DNA of 58,723 nt from a virus (taxonomy: Duplodnaviria; Caudoviricetes). Both the position numbers and the translations under genes were made by a program. Below, one piece after another: positions 45,717-54,882 of the stretch. The first letter of the stretch is position 1; each line of letters starts with the position of its first letter. The notes below the pieces were generated by a model, which made no database searches, had not been told where the DNA came from, and worked only from the letters and a program-made list of their open reading frames with translations. The stretch covers positions 1-58,723 of IMG/VR virus record IMGVR_UViG_3300045955_000216; one strand, written 5' to 3'.

Positions 45717-46018
45717 CAGTGCGTCCCGCTCATCGAGCCGTCATCGGGGATGGCGAAGATGCAGAGACTCACGGTGTCGGGGTCCAGCGCCACGAGATCA
45801 TGCATCGCTCGCGCCGGCACCTCGATCCACTCGCCGGGGCGCAACGTCTGCACCCGCGCCGGGGCGTTCTGGATGCGGACCTCGAGCCGCCCCGCGCAAC
45901 ACACCGTGATGTGGTCCTGCCCGTGGGTGTGGGCGGGCAGCGTGTCGCCCACGCCGTCGTAGTCCACGCGGCGCACGAACACGTGCCCAAAGAGCCCGTT
46001 ATCGACGGCGAGAGCCAC
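45716..46018 (-). CDS. Cupin-domain protein
   Basis: HTH..DH...G...W.EVPA..MH. Confidence 0.75.
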   Translation of the reverse strand: MALAVDNGLFGHVFVRRVDYDGVGDTLPAHTHGQDHITVCCAGRLEVRIQNAPARVQTLRPGEWIEVPARAMHDLVALDPDTVSLCIFAIPDDGSMSGTH

Positions 46019-46455
46019 TAGGTCGGCTCCGTCGCCGTGCCGGCATCGGGCCAGAGGCTTTGGTGGGGCGGCACCGTGGCGAGGAGCGTGTCCATGCCGT
46101 TGTTGATCTGCGCCGCGGTCGGGGTGCTTGTCGACAAGTTGAACTGTGCCGTGATGACGGGGTCCAGTTCCGTCAGGATGTCCACCGCGTCACTCTCCAC
46201 GACGCCGACGCGCTGGAAGCCGTTGAGCAGGACATCTCGCTTCGTGCCCGGCACGCGGAACGGATCGAGCCAGTCGAGGCGCTTGCGATACTCCCGGGCG
46301 TCCTGCTCCATGACGATCGCGACCTGCGCCGGGGTCCGGCCCGCCGCGAGGTTGGCCTTGTACGATTTGGCGTTGGCGCGCATGTCGCGCCGCAGCCCTT
46401 CGAGGTTGCGGATCACCTGGAGAAGCAGGGCAATACTTTCGAGCGCAGCCATCAT
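46018..46455 (-). CDS. Hypothetical protein
   Basis: Operon packing. Confidence 0.65.
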   Translation of the reverse strand: MMAALESIALLLQVIRNLEGLRRDMRANAKSYKANLAAGRTPAQVAIVMEQDAREYRKRLDWLDPFRVPGTKRDVLLNGFQRVGVVESDAVDILTELDPVITAQFNLSTSTPTAAQINNGMDTLLATVPPHQSLWPDAGTATEPT

Positions 46456-46461
46456 TCCCCC

Positions 46462-49065
46462 TTAGTCGTTCGCCGCGACTTCATACGAGATGAAGCCGGT
46501 AATGCGGCTTGAGCCCACTTGGGTCAGGCACACGTTGTTGGTGTCCACGCCGGTTTGCATGAAGGGCACCCCGGTCGCCATCGCCACCCCGCCTTGCGCC
46601 GCCGACGACACCCCGCTGCCCTCAGTCGTCGAGCCGATGATCGCCGTCGGCGAGGTCGCGCAGACGGAGCCCGTGCCCTCGATGAGGTTCCATGTCTCGG
46701 CCGCGTTCGCGTTGATGAAGATGGCGCAGAAGTAGACCCGCTGGCCCGAGGTGCCCGTGATGAGCTGCGTGTCGGCGGTCTGGCTGATCGCGATTTTCTG
46801 CGTGCAGGCGATCGGCTGCCGCACCGTCAGCCCGCGATCCGCGTTGAGCGGCCGCCCGGTCGAGGACTTGATCTCGTTCCCGGCGTCGTCCCGGATGCGG
46901 ACCGCCGAGTCGTTCGAGACCGTGACGCGCGGGATGCCGGACCCGCTCGCGCCCGTGCCGGTCACGGTGGCCGAGCCCCCGAACTGCGCGACGTTGACGC
47001 TCGCGTTCGCAGGGAGCGAGAGCACGTCCACCTGCAGCTCGCCGCTCGTATCCGTCGCGATGTCCTGCGTGTTGCCCGAGCCGTCCTTGCCGCCGATCCG
47101 CACGGGGTTCCCGGAGACGGCCGCCCCGTCGGCCGCCGTGCCGGCCACCGTGGCCGTCGGCAGCGTGAGGATGTCGACCTGCAGCTCCCCGTTCGTGTCC
47201 GTCTTGAGGCCCCGGAGGTTGGTCCCGTCCGTGCCCCCGGCATACATGGCGTGCGTCGGCGGGGACCCGCCCGGCGGGCGCTCGGCTCCCCACGGCGGGA
47301 CCGAGGGCGCGGACGTGGCGCGGAACGCCACCGTCGCGGTGCCCGAGGTGTACGCGTCCGCGCGGACGCGGACGTTCGAGACGCCGGCCAGGAACGGGAA
47401 CACGAACTGCCCGTTGGCGGTGATGGACTGCGTCATCGCCTCGCCCGCGATGGACCAGAGATCGGTCGCGGACCAGGTCGTCCCGCCGTCGAGCGAGACC
47501 TCGGGGATCAGGGTCGCGACCCAGGTCCCGGTGATCGTGACGCCGGCCCCGTTGATGCCCGCGCTCAGCGCGAGCGCCGACGTATCCTCGTCGGCCGTGA
47601 TGGTGTCGGACGCGGTCTGGACCGAGGCCCCGCCCGAGACCCGCAGGGCTCCGGTGCTGTCGACCTGGAGGACCGTGCGGTCCTGGTCGGCCGCGAGGGC
47701 GGTGCCCGCGTCGTTGCGGACCACCCCAGCGAGCGTGAGCTTGTCGCCGGAATTGTGGGCCGTGTCCTCGTCGTACTGCGTGCCGCCGCCAGCCGAGACC
47801 TCGTTGCCCGAGGCATCCCGGAGGTTGACGTGGAAGGCCCGGTTCTCGGTCAGACGCGCCGCTCCGGCCTCGCCTTCGGCAAGCGTCGACGGGGACGTAT
47901 CGTCCCGGTAGCCACCGACGGGCACCATGTTCCCGGATCCCGCCGTGAAGCCGGTCTTGTCTTGCTGGCTGACCCCGGAGCCCGTGCAGTTGCCGCAGTT
48001 GACGGCGAGCTGGTTCGAGCCGTTGACACTGGCGGTGTTGGTCCCGTCCCACACACGAACCGCTGAGTCGTTCGAGACAGTGACTCGAGGGATGCCCGCG
48101 CCCCCGGTGCCGGTCCCCGTGGCGACAGCCGATCCGCCGAACTGCGCGACGTTGAACGGCTCGTTGTCGGGGAAGCTCCCGATCGTGACCGAAGGAAGCG
48201 TCAGGACATCGACTTGTAGCTCCCCAGACGTATCGGTCGCGATGTCCTGGGTGTTGCCGGAGCCGTCCTTCCCACCGATCCGTACTGGGTTGCCGCTGAC
48301 CGCCGCACCATCGGCGGCGGGACCAGCCACCGACCACGGAGCCCCGCCCTGGTTCGCGGTGACCGTGCCCGAGACCGGCTGCGTGACCCCGGACCCGTCG
48401 ACGTGGAGCCGGCCGCTCGACACGTTGGCCTGCGTGGTGTCGCCCGCGCCGTCGCGGATAATGCCGTCCTGGTTGGCGGCGGTCGCGGCACCGGTGGGCA
48501 GCGGGAGCGACGCCGCGCTGATCGGCTGCGTGACGCCCGAGCCGTCGACGTGGAGCCGGCCGCTCGAGACGTTCGCCTGGGTCGTGTCCCCGGTGCCGTC
48601 GCGGACGATCCCGTCGTAGTTGGACACGGAGACCGTGCCCGTGACGGTGACGTCGTTGTTGGCCCCGAGGTTGACCAGGAGCCCGTCGGTGCTGTTCCCG
48701 GGGCAGCGGTCCCAGGTCGACCCGTCGAAGCAGTAGAGGTACGAGCGGATGATCGAGAGCGTGACGCTGTTGGACTCGTTGTCCGCCGGGGTGCCGCCGG
48801 CCGGGAAGCGGCCCGTCAGGGTGCTGTTGAGGAGCAAGGTCCCGAGGGTCGCCTCGGTGGCGGCGCCGGTCGGGAGCGGCAGCGAAGCGGCCGACACCGG
48901 CGACGTCACCCCGGAGGGATCCACCAGGAGCCGGCCGCTCGTGACGTCGGCCTCGCCCTGGCCGGCGACGCCGTCCTTGATCCGGACCGGGGTCTCGCCC
49001 TGGGCGAGGGCCAGGGTCGGGAGGAGGAGGAGCTCGAGGAGCCAGAGCGCCAGGATCCGTCGCAT
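46462..49065 (-). CDS. Repeat-rich tail-fibre-like protein with signal peptide
   Basis: MRRILALWLLELLLLPTLALA; VDGSGVTQP, SLPLPTGAAT and long internal repeats. Confidence 0.7.
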   Translation of the reverse strand: MRRILALWLLELLLLPTLALAQGETPVRIKDGVAGQGEADVTSGRLLVDPSGVTSPVSAASLPLPTGAATEATLGTLLLNSTLTGRFPAGGTPADNESNSVTLSIIRSYLYCFDGSTWDRCPGNSTDGLLVNLGANNDVTVTGTVSVSNYDGIVRDGTGDTTQANVSSGRLHVDGSGVTQPISAASLPLPTGAATAANQDGIIRDGAGDTTQANVSSGRLHVDGSGVTQPVSGTVTANQGGAPWSVAGPAADGAAVSGNPVRIGGKDGSGNTQDIATDTSGELQVDVLTLPSVTIGSFPDNEPFNVAQFGGSAVATGTGTGGAGIPRVTVSNDSAVRVWDGTNTASVNGSNQLAVNCGNCTGSGVSQQDKTGFTAGSGNMVPVGGYRDDTSPSTLAEGEAGAARLTENRAFHVNLRDASGNEVSAGGGTQYDEDTAHNSGDKLTLAGVVRNDAGTALAADQDRTVLQVDSTGALRVSGGASVQTASDTITADEDTSALALSAGINGAGVTITGTWVATLIPEVSLDGGTTWSATDLWSIAGEAMTQSITANGQFVFPFLAGVSNVRVRADAYTSGTATVAFRATSAPSVPPWGAERPPGGSPPTHAMYAGGTDGTNLRGLKTDTNGELQVDILTLPTATVAGTAADGAAVSGNPVRIGGKDGSGNTQDIATDTSGELQVDVLSLPANASVNVAQFGGSATVTGTGASGSGIPRVTVSNDSAVRIRDDAGNEIKSSTGRPLNADRGLTVRQPIACTQKIAISQTADTQLITGTSGQRVYFCAIFINANAAETWNLIEGTGSVCATSPTAIIGSTTEGSGVSSAAQGGVAMATGVPFMQTGVDTNNVCLTQVGSSRITGFISYEVAAND

Positions 49066-49532
49066 CACCACTCCGTCACGCGCGCGGCGCCCGCGCCGTC
49101 GCCCGTCCAGATGCCGTCAATGATCCCGGTGTACCCGGGGCGGACGTCGTGGGCTTGCTGGGGGGCGAGCTTCGCGGTGTAGCTCGTCGAGCTCGCGGTC
49201 GCGCCGTACTTGAGGAAGAGGGTCTCGGTGGAGTCGTTCACGATGATCGCCCCGATCCGCTCGGCGTTCGCCGCGAGGAGCGTGGTGCTGACATTGGCGT
49301 CGGCGACATTCGCGAGGGTCGCGGTCCCGTTCGTGCGCTCCCGGGTCCGCGTGACCAGGCCGGCGAGGCCGGTGGTCGGGTTCGCGCTCTTGACCTCGGC
49401 GATCTCCACCTGGGCGACGCCGCCGACCTGGACGGTCTCGCGGACGACCTTCGGGGTCCCGCCGTAGTCCTCGCTGTCGAGGTAATGGCCGGGGGTCGCG
49501 GAGCCCTCATAGGGGATCTGGGCGCGCGCCAT
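49065..49532 (-). CDS. Small beta-sandwich virion protein
   Basis: LLAAN..R.G.IIVNDS...YTGIIDGIW motif. Confidence 0.65.
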   Translation of the reverse strand: MARAQIPYEGSATPGHYLDSEDYGGTPKVVRETVQVGGVAQVEIAEVKSANPTTGLAGLVTRTRERTNGTATLANVADANVSTTLLAANAERIGAIIVNDSTETLFLKYGATASSTSYTAKLAPQQAHDVRPGYTGIIDGIWTGDGAGAARVTEW

Positions 49533-49535
49533 CGG

Positions 49536-49703
49536 CTAGGTGCGCCATGCGCGGAGCAGCGCCTCGAGGAGGACCGCCAACGGCCAGATGATCCGGAGGC
49601 GCTTGTGGCGACGGATCGCCACTAGGAAGAGGGACGGGGGCGTCGCCGGCGGGCCGCCCCCACCGGCCACGTTGCCCGCGTTGAGGAGGGGCGCGAGCGG
49701 CAT
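49536..49703 (-). CDS. Small hypothetical protein (55 aa)
   Basis: Hand-translated, fills gap. Confidence 0.4.
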   Translation of the reverse strand: MPLAPLLNAGNVAGGGGPPATPPSLFLVAIRRHKRLRIIWPLAVLLEALLRAWRT

Positions 49704-49706
49704 CGA

Positions 49707-50237
49707 CTACTCGAGCTCGCGGATCTTCCGGACGGCCTCGGCGCGCGCCTCGTCCGCCGCCTGGCGCTTGGCCTCCGCCTCGGCGGCGGCCGCCTCGTGG
49801 GCCTCGCGCTCGGCCTTCGCCGCCGCGAGCGCCTCGCGGGCGGCGATGAGCTCGGCCATCACGTCCGCGTGGTCGACGCGAAGCTGCGTGAGGTCCCGGT
49901 CCGCCTGGTCGCGGTCGGCCGTGATCCGGGTCAGCTCGGCCTTCATCGCGCCCAGACCGTCGGACAGCCCGCTCCAGGCCTGCTTGAGCCGCGCGATCGC
50001 CTGCTCGAGGTCCTGGCGCTCGGCCTCGCGCTCGACCGCCTGCGCGACGGCCGCCTCCTGGTCCTGCGCGATCTCGCGCTCGATCGCCTGGCGCCGGCGG
50101 TCCGCGTCCTCGGCGGCGCTCGTCGCCGCGTGGGCCAGCCGCAGGAGGTCCTCGAGCTTCCCGAGGGCCTGGCGGTACGGAGTGAGCGCCCCCAGGACGT
50201 TGAGGGCCTGCCCGTAGGTCATCTCGCGCTCTGCCAT
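49707..50237 (-). CDS. Coiled-coil protein
   Basis: Ala/Glu/Arg heptads. Confidence 0.7.
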   Translation of the reverse strand: MAEREMTYGQALNVLGALTPYRQALGKLEDLLRLAHAATSAAEDADRRRQAIEREIAQDQEAAVAQAVEREAERQDLEQAIARLKQAWSGLSDGLGAMKAELTRITADRDQADRDLTQLRVDHADVMAELIAAREALAAAKAEREAHEAAAAEAEAKRQAADEARAEAVRKIRELE

Positions 50238-50247
50238 CGCCGCCCCC

Positions 50248-50586
50248 TTACCCGCCGACCGTGAGCCGGACGGTCACGGTGGTGCCGGTCGTCACCAGCG
50301 GCCGGATGCTGTCGGTGTTCTCGAGGACCTCCCGGATGTCGGCGGCCGAGAAGGTCAAGGCGTTCCCCTCGCCGCGCGAGTCGTTGAGGACCCGCGCCGT
50401 CCCGCCGGCATCCTTGCCCTGGATGTCGACGGCCGTCACGGCGGCCCCGGACACCTCGACGGTCTTGTTCGGGTACTTGGCAAGGCCTGACATCCAGGCC
50501 CCGTCATCGCCCGAGCCCATCGAGGCCCAGGTGATCCGCTGCACGCCGACGCCGAGCTGCTCGATCGTAGGGACGACGGTTGCCAT
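50248..50586 (-). CDS. Small beta-rich virion protein
   Basis: W......DDG...IRP motif; GAGG RBS. Confidence 0.65.
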   Translation of the reverse strand: MATVVPTIEQLGVGVQRITWASMGSGDDGAWMSGLAKYPNKTVEVSGAAVTAVDIQGKDAGGTARVLNDSRGEGNALTFSAADIREVLENTDSIRPLVTTGTTVTVRLTVGG

Positions 50587-50598
50587 GATGGGGCCCTC

Positions 50599-51771
50599 CT
50601 ACCAGCGGTCATCCGGCACGCCGGCCGGGGGTTGGAAGCGTCGGTTGAGCGCCTCGAGCTCCGGGCCCGCCTGCCGCGCGGCCTCGGTGTTGACGATGAA
50701 TTCGCCGCGCGTCGCGTTGATCGGGACGCGGTCCCGCCCCGCCGGCCCCTGCACGCGGCCGCCGTGGTAGTAGTTGCCCAGCGCGTCGCCGCGCCCGGGA
50801 TCCCCGACGCCCCCGCCGGCCGCGCTGCCGGCCCCCCCGCCGGCCGGATCCGCGCCGCCGAAGCCATCCCGGGAGGCGTCGGCCCGGCCGACCTGGATCC
50901 CCTCGCGCGTGTTGTCGACGGGGCCCCAATCTCCCTCGTTGAGCCCGCCGTAGGACTGCTCGCCCCGGTCCGGCGCGGAGAGGGCCGTCGGCGCGGGCGC
51001 GCGGGTCGAGCCGCCGCCGCTGGACCGCCGGCTCGAGCTCGACTGGACCAGGGGCTCCGGCTCCGGGGGAGGCGGTGCCGGCGTCCGGTAACTGTAGAGG
51101 AGCGGCGCGTCCTGGCCGTAGCGGTAGCGGGCCTGGAGGGCGAAGAGGCGCGGGTCGATCGGGATGCCGAGGAGCCCGCCCGCGTAGTTGAACGCTTCGC
51201 CGGGGAGCTGAGTCCCTGCCGCCGGCGCCGCGAAGGTCGCCGTCTGGGCCTCGGTCTCGAGGCCGGCCTGGACGGGGGTGCCCGTGCCCTTGTAGACCCA
51301 GGTCCCCAGGATCGGGTTCCAGTCGGCGTCGATCCCGAGGGGCTTCGGCGGCGGCGCCGTGAGCGCCCCGCCCGCCATCGGGGCGAACTGGAACTTCGCG
51401 TCCTGGGGCCCGCCCTGGTAGCCGTAGTGCTTGTAGACCTGGCCGCCGTAGCTCGTGTCGAAGTCGCCGTACCCCGGCGTCAGGCCGGCGCCCACCACCG
51501 GGTCGAAGGCCATCGCGGAGATGGCGTCAAGGAGCCCCTGCTTGTACTCCTCGGGCGCCGTGATCCGGAAGCGGCCCGCGTCGGAATTCTCGAAGCGGAC
51601 CTTCCCGGCCCAGCCGGGGTTCCGCATGGACACGAGGTCGTGGAGGAAGTTGATCCCCCCGGTCCCCGCGGGCCCCCGGCCGAAGCGCGGATCTTCCCCC
51701 TCGAGGCGCATGAGGCCGCCCTCGAGCCCGGGCGTGACGGTCACGGGGACGACGGCACCCATAGGCGGCAT
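50599..51771 (-). CDS. Hypothetical virion protein with TMP-like C-terminal motif
   Basis: GGRVQGP..DRVP...GEFIVN..A...LEALN. Confidence 0.6.
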   Translation of the reverse strand: MPPMGAVVPVTVTPGLEGGLMRLEGEDPRFGRGPAGTGGINFLHDLVSMRNPGWAGKVRFENSDAGRFRITAPEEYKQGLLDAISAMAFDPVVGAGLTPGYGDFDTSYGGQVYKHYGYQGGPQDAKFQFAPMAGGALTAPPPKPLGIDADWNPILGTWVYKGTGTPVQAGLETEAQTATFAAPAAGTQLPGEAFNYAGGLLGIPIDPRLFALQARYRYGQDAPLLYSYRTPAPPPPEPEPLVQSSSSRRSSGGGSTRAPAPTALSAPDRGEQSYGGLNEGDWGPVDNTREGIQVGRADASRDGFGGADPAGGGAGSAAGGGVGDPGRGDALGNYYHGGRVQGPAGRDRVPINATRGEFIVNTEAARQAGPELEALNRRFQPPAGVPDDRW

Positions 51772-51774
51772 GGC

Positions 51775-53250
51775 TTACACCCCCATCCACGCGAGGTCCC
51801 GCCGGGCGGTGGGGCTCGGCAGGGTCGGGCGCGCGGGCTTGCGGTAGTAGTCCTCGACGGGGAAGCAGACGGACGCGAAGTAACAGGCCATGTGGCCGAC
51901 GTGGTCGTGGAGGCCCGAGGCGCGCTTGGCGGCCATCAGGGTCGGCGTGATCCGGCCGAGCGCGTCCTTCGGGTAGTGCCAGCCGCCGCGGAGCGCCCGG
52001 CGGAAGAGCTTGTCCTCGGGGTCGACCTGGAGGATCGGCCGGCCGCGGGACATCCGATTGAGGAGCGCCTTCAAGGCGTCGCGCCGGGCCGGCCAGGTGA
52101 TCGGCCCGTCCTCGAACATGGCGCGCGGGGCGTTCCGGCCGATCTGGGACGTCAGCCGCGTCTCGATGACCATGACCGCGGTGTGCTCGGCGTTCGATTG
52201 CTCGCGCTGCCGGCCCGCGGGGTCGCCCATGTCGCGGATGGTGCCCTCGAAGTGCCCGAGCCACTCCGACTCCCAGGGAAGGATCTGCTCGTCGATGAGC
52301 TGCTCGACGCCCTGGTTGACGCCCTGGAACGTCATGAGCTTGTTGACGTGGGCCAGCGGCGTGATCTGCCAGTAGCCGCACGTCGGGGTGAGCCCGAAGT
52401 CCCAGGCCCGCGCGATCGTGCCGTAGCGCAGGATCGGGAGCGGTTCCGCCGCGACGTGGGTCTGGTCGTTGTACTCCGGGATGACCGGCTCGCCCAGGAC
52501 GATCTGCCCGACCTGGCCCTCGACCAGGCGGGCCACCAGGTCGCCGCGGCCGGTCGCCTCGAGGGCCAGCCGGTTCTCCGCGCGCCGCTGGTCGGAGTAG
52601 TGGGCGTTCTCGCCCTTCGGGATCCGGAAGAGCCGGACCATCGGCCGCGTCCCGAGGGCCGGCATGGTGGCCCGGATCTTCGGCTCGAGCTCGAGCATCC
52701 GCTCGCCGACCTTGAGGGTCCAGTGGTCCTCGTCGGGCGGGTTGTAGGTAATCTGGATCCAGGCGTCGACGATGCCCGCCTGGCGGAGCGAGGTCGCGGC
52801 CACGCCGAAGACCTCGACGGGGATCCCGCCGGAAATGTCCGCGGCCGGGGCCGGCTCCTCGAGCCAGATGACGCCGGCGCCCATGCCTTGCAGCTTGTTG
52901 ACCTCGGCCATCCGGTCGAGCCCGAGGAAGCGGAGCTCGAGGAGTCCGTTGCCGACCAGGGCGCCCGTCTCGTGGCCCTGGCTATGGTCCCACTCGACGG
53001 CGAGCCCCTTGGCCTCAAGCTCGTGGAGCGTCTTGATCGCCGAGTCCCGGAGGTTGACCATCGTGTCGCGGATGACCACGCACTTGAGCGGGAGCGCCGC
53101 GCGGGGGATGTACCGCTGGGCCCGGTGGAGTAGGCGGTAGTAGCCGTGGGTCGTCTTGCCCTCGCCGCGGGGCCCCATGAGCATGACCACGAAGGCGGGC
53201 GACTCCATGAATTGCCAGCCCGTCCGCGAGGGCTGCATCCGGAAACTCAT
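51775..53250 (-). CDS. terL: Terminase large subunit
   Basis: GPRGEGKT Walker A, IWLEE Walker B, TYNPP, WDFGLTP nuclease motif. Confidence 0.92.
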   Translation of the reverse strand: MSFRMQPSRTGWQFMESPAFVVMLMGPRGEGKTTHGYYRLLHRAQRYIPRAALPLKCVVIRDTMVNLRDSAIKTLHELEAKGLAVEWDHSQGHETGALVGNGLLELRFLGLDRMAEVNKLQGMGAGVIWLEEPAPAADISGGIPVEVFGVAATSLRQAGIVDAWIQITYNPPDEDHWTLKVGERMLELEPKIRATMPALGTRPMVRLFRIPKGENAHYSDQRRAENRLALEATGRGDLVARLVEGQVGQIVLGEPVIPEYNDQTHVAAEPLPILRYGTIARAWDFGLTPTCGYWQITPLAHVNKLMTFQGVNQGVEQLIDEQILPWESEWLGHFEGTIRDMGDPAGRQREQSNAEHTAVMVIETRLTSQIGRNAPRAMFEDGPITWPARRDALKALLNRMSRGRPILQVDPEDKLFRRALRGGWHYPKDALGRITPTLMAAKRASGLHDHVGHMACYFASVCFPVEDYYRKPARPTLPSPTARRDLAWMGV

Positions 53251-53678
53251 TCGGGCATCACCACCGCGACGTGGCCGTGCTCGTCCGGGGCGCCGACCGG
53301 GGCGGGGAGCTCCGCGTCCGGGGTCGCCGGATCCGTGCCGGGCGGGAAGACGTACATCGGCTGGAGCCCCTCGAGGTTGACCTTGACGGCCTGGGGCGGC
53401 CGGCCGAAGCCGTGGTCCATGAGGTCCCGGCGGGCCGCGGCCCGGGCGGCCCAGGGCGATCGCGCGTTGCGGAGCGTGTGGAGGGCGTGGTCGACGAGCT
53501 CCTGGCCGTCGGCGGTCTGACTGCGGATGTACTCCCCGAGGCCCTTCGCGCGGCCGCCGGGGTTGCCCGACTGCCCCGGGAGCCACCCCTTCCCCGTGAC
53601 GCCGCCGAGCTGGTAGCCCTCACGGGCCGCCGGCGGGGCCGGGGGGATCGGGTCGTGGATCTTCGGGCCCTTCGCCAT
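53247..53678 (-). CDS. terS: Terminase small subunit (DUF5681-like)
   Basis: PGQSGNPGGRAK...D.GFGRP; upstream of terL. Confidence 0.8.
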   Translation of the reverse strand: MAKGPKIHDPIPPAPPAAREGYQLGGVTGKGWLPGQSGNPGGRAKGLGEYIRSQTADGQELVDHALHTLRNARSPWAARAAARRDLMDHGFGRPPQAVKVNLEGLQPMYVFPPGTDPATPDAELPAPVGAPDEHGHVAVVMPE

Positions 53679-53680
53679 CC

Positions 53681-53752
53681 GCCTCCCCGAAACAGAAACG
53701 CCCGCCGTCCTCCGTAGAGAACGACGGGCGCGCGTGATACGCGTCTGCCCCG
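53681..53752 (-). promoter_or_regulatory. Conserved terminator-containing leader element, copy B
   Basis: Same flanks as 40699-40773; stem with cUACGg loop and U-rich tail; TAGACT -10 at 53780-53775. Confidence 0.7.
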
Positions 53753-53782
53753 ATGCCTTGACTCGTCGCCGTCGAGTCTACG

Positions 53783-54025
53783 CTAGGTTCTGCGCTCTCC
53801 CGCGAGAGGGAACGGCGTGACCCCGTCGGTGGTCTCATACGCGACCACTTGCCCGCCGCCACAGGTCCGACAGACGTAGCGCGTGCTCGTCTTGCGGTGG
53901 CCCTTGTCCGAGAAGCGGCCCTGATGGAGGCTCACCGTGATGCTCCCCGTCCAGTCGGCGGGCCCGAGTGGAAACCCGACGCGGTGACCGTGGAGCATCA
54001 TCTCGAGGACCAGCGGGCCTTTCAC
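53783..54025 (-). CDS. Small protein with DUF2292-like segment and CxxC
   Basis: TGSITVSLHQG; CRTC. Confidence 0.45.
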   Translation of the reverse strand: MKGPLVLEMMLHGHRVGFPLGPADWTGSITVSLHQGRFSDKGHRKTSTRYVCRTCGGGQVVAYETTDGVTPFPLAGERRT

Positions 54026-54110
54026 CGCCGGCGGCGCTCGCGCTCGAGCAACCAGGCCCCCCAGACCAGGACCGCGAGGGCCCCGAGGCAGACGCCGAGG
54101 AGGAGCAGCT

Positions 54111-54512
54111 TCACTCGAGCCGCCCGAGCGCCTCGAGCTTCTCGGCCACCTTCGCCTCGACCATCGCCTTCTGCTCCTGGAGCGTGACGATCTCCGCGGT
54201 CAGGCGCGCGACGATCTGCCGGAGCTCGAGGACGCGCGCATCATGGTCCGCCTTCGCCTGGGCCAGCGCCGACCGGAGGGCCATCAGGGTCTCCGCCGAC
54301 CGGCGCCGCGAGTCCTCGAGCGCCGCCTCCGTCTGGGCTAGGAGGACCTGGCGCTCCTCGAGGCGCTCCGCCTCGATCGTCGCCGCGTCCTTCCGCTGCG
54401 GGGCCCGGATCTTCACCTTCCGGCGTGGGGCCCGGAGCCCCGCCGGCGGCGCCGGCGGGCTCGGACGCGACGAGGGGGGGGGCGGGGTCGGCTTCGCGGG
54501 ACGCGGACTCAT
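54111..54512 (-). CDS. Coiled-coil hypothetical protein
   Basis: Heptads; GAGG RBS. Confidence 0.6.
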   Translation of the reverse strand: MSPRPAKPTPPPPSSRPSPPAPPAGLRAPRRKVKIRAPQRKDAATIEAERLEERQVLLAQTEAALEDSRRRSAETLMALRSALAQAKADHDARVLELRQIVARLTAEIVTLQEQKAMVEAKVAEKLEALGRLE

Positions 54513-54882
54513 ACGGGACCTCCCCCCGGCCCTCGCAGACCGGGCACGCGGGACGACACTCGAGGCCACGGGGGCCGGGCGGGGTAAGGAACCCGGCCCC
54601 CCGGCAGCGCGGACACCGCTGGGCTTCGCCCAGGCGGAAGCGGACCTCGCGCAGGACCAGGCCCCGGTCGGGCTTCAACCACTCGGCCCAGACACAGTCC
54701 GGCTCCCAGAGCCGGCGCCGCAGGAAGTCGACGGCCTCGGCGATCTGCGCGGTCCGGTACTTCCAGCCATACCAGCTCCGGGCGGCCCGCGGCGGTTCGG
54801 GCGGGAACGGCCGGACATCGTCGAGCGCCTTGGTGAGGACCGCGTGCGTGAGGATCCGCCACGGCTCCCACTCGTCGGCCAC
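54241..54882 (-). CDS. Hypothetical protein with DnaJ-type Zn finger (possible late regulator)
   Basis: AV..KALDD..A..FL; CPRCRGAG...CPVCEGRG. Confidence 0.55.
   Translation of the reverse strand: MADEWEPWRILTHAVLTKALDDVRPFPPEPPRAARSWYGWKYRTAQIAEAVDFLRRRLWEPDCVWAEWLKPDRGLVLREVRFRLGEAQRCPRCRGAGFLTPPGPRGLECRPACPVCEGRGEVPYESASREADPAPPLVASEPAGAAGGAPGPTPEGEDPGPAAEGRGDDRGGAPRGAPGPPSPDGGGARGLAAPVGGDPDGPPVGAGPGEGGP

Noticed and set aside
46462-49065. Diversity-generating retroelement TR/VR pair
   Set aside because: No reverse transcriptase; differences are synonymous rather than adenine-specific
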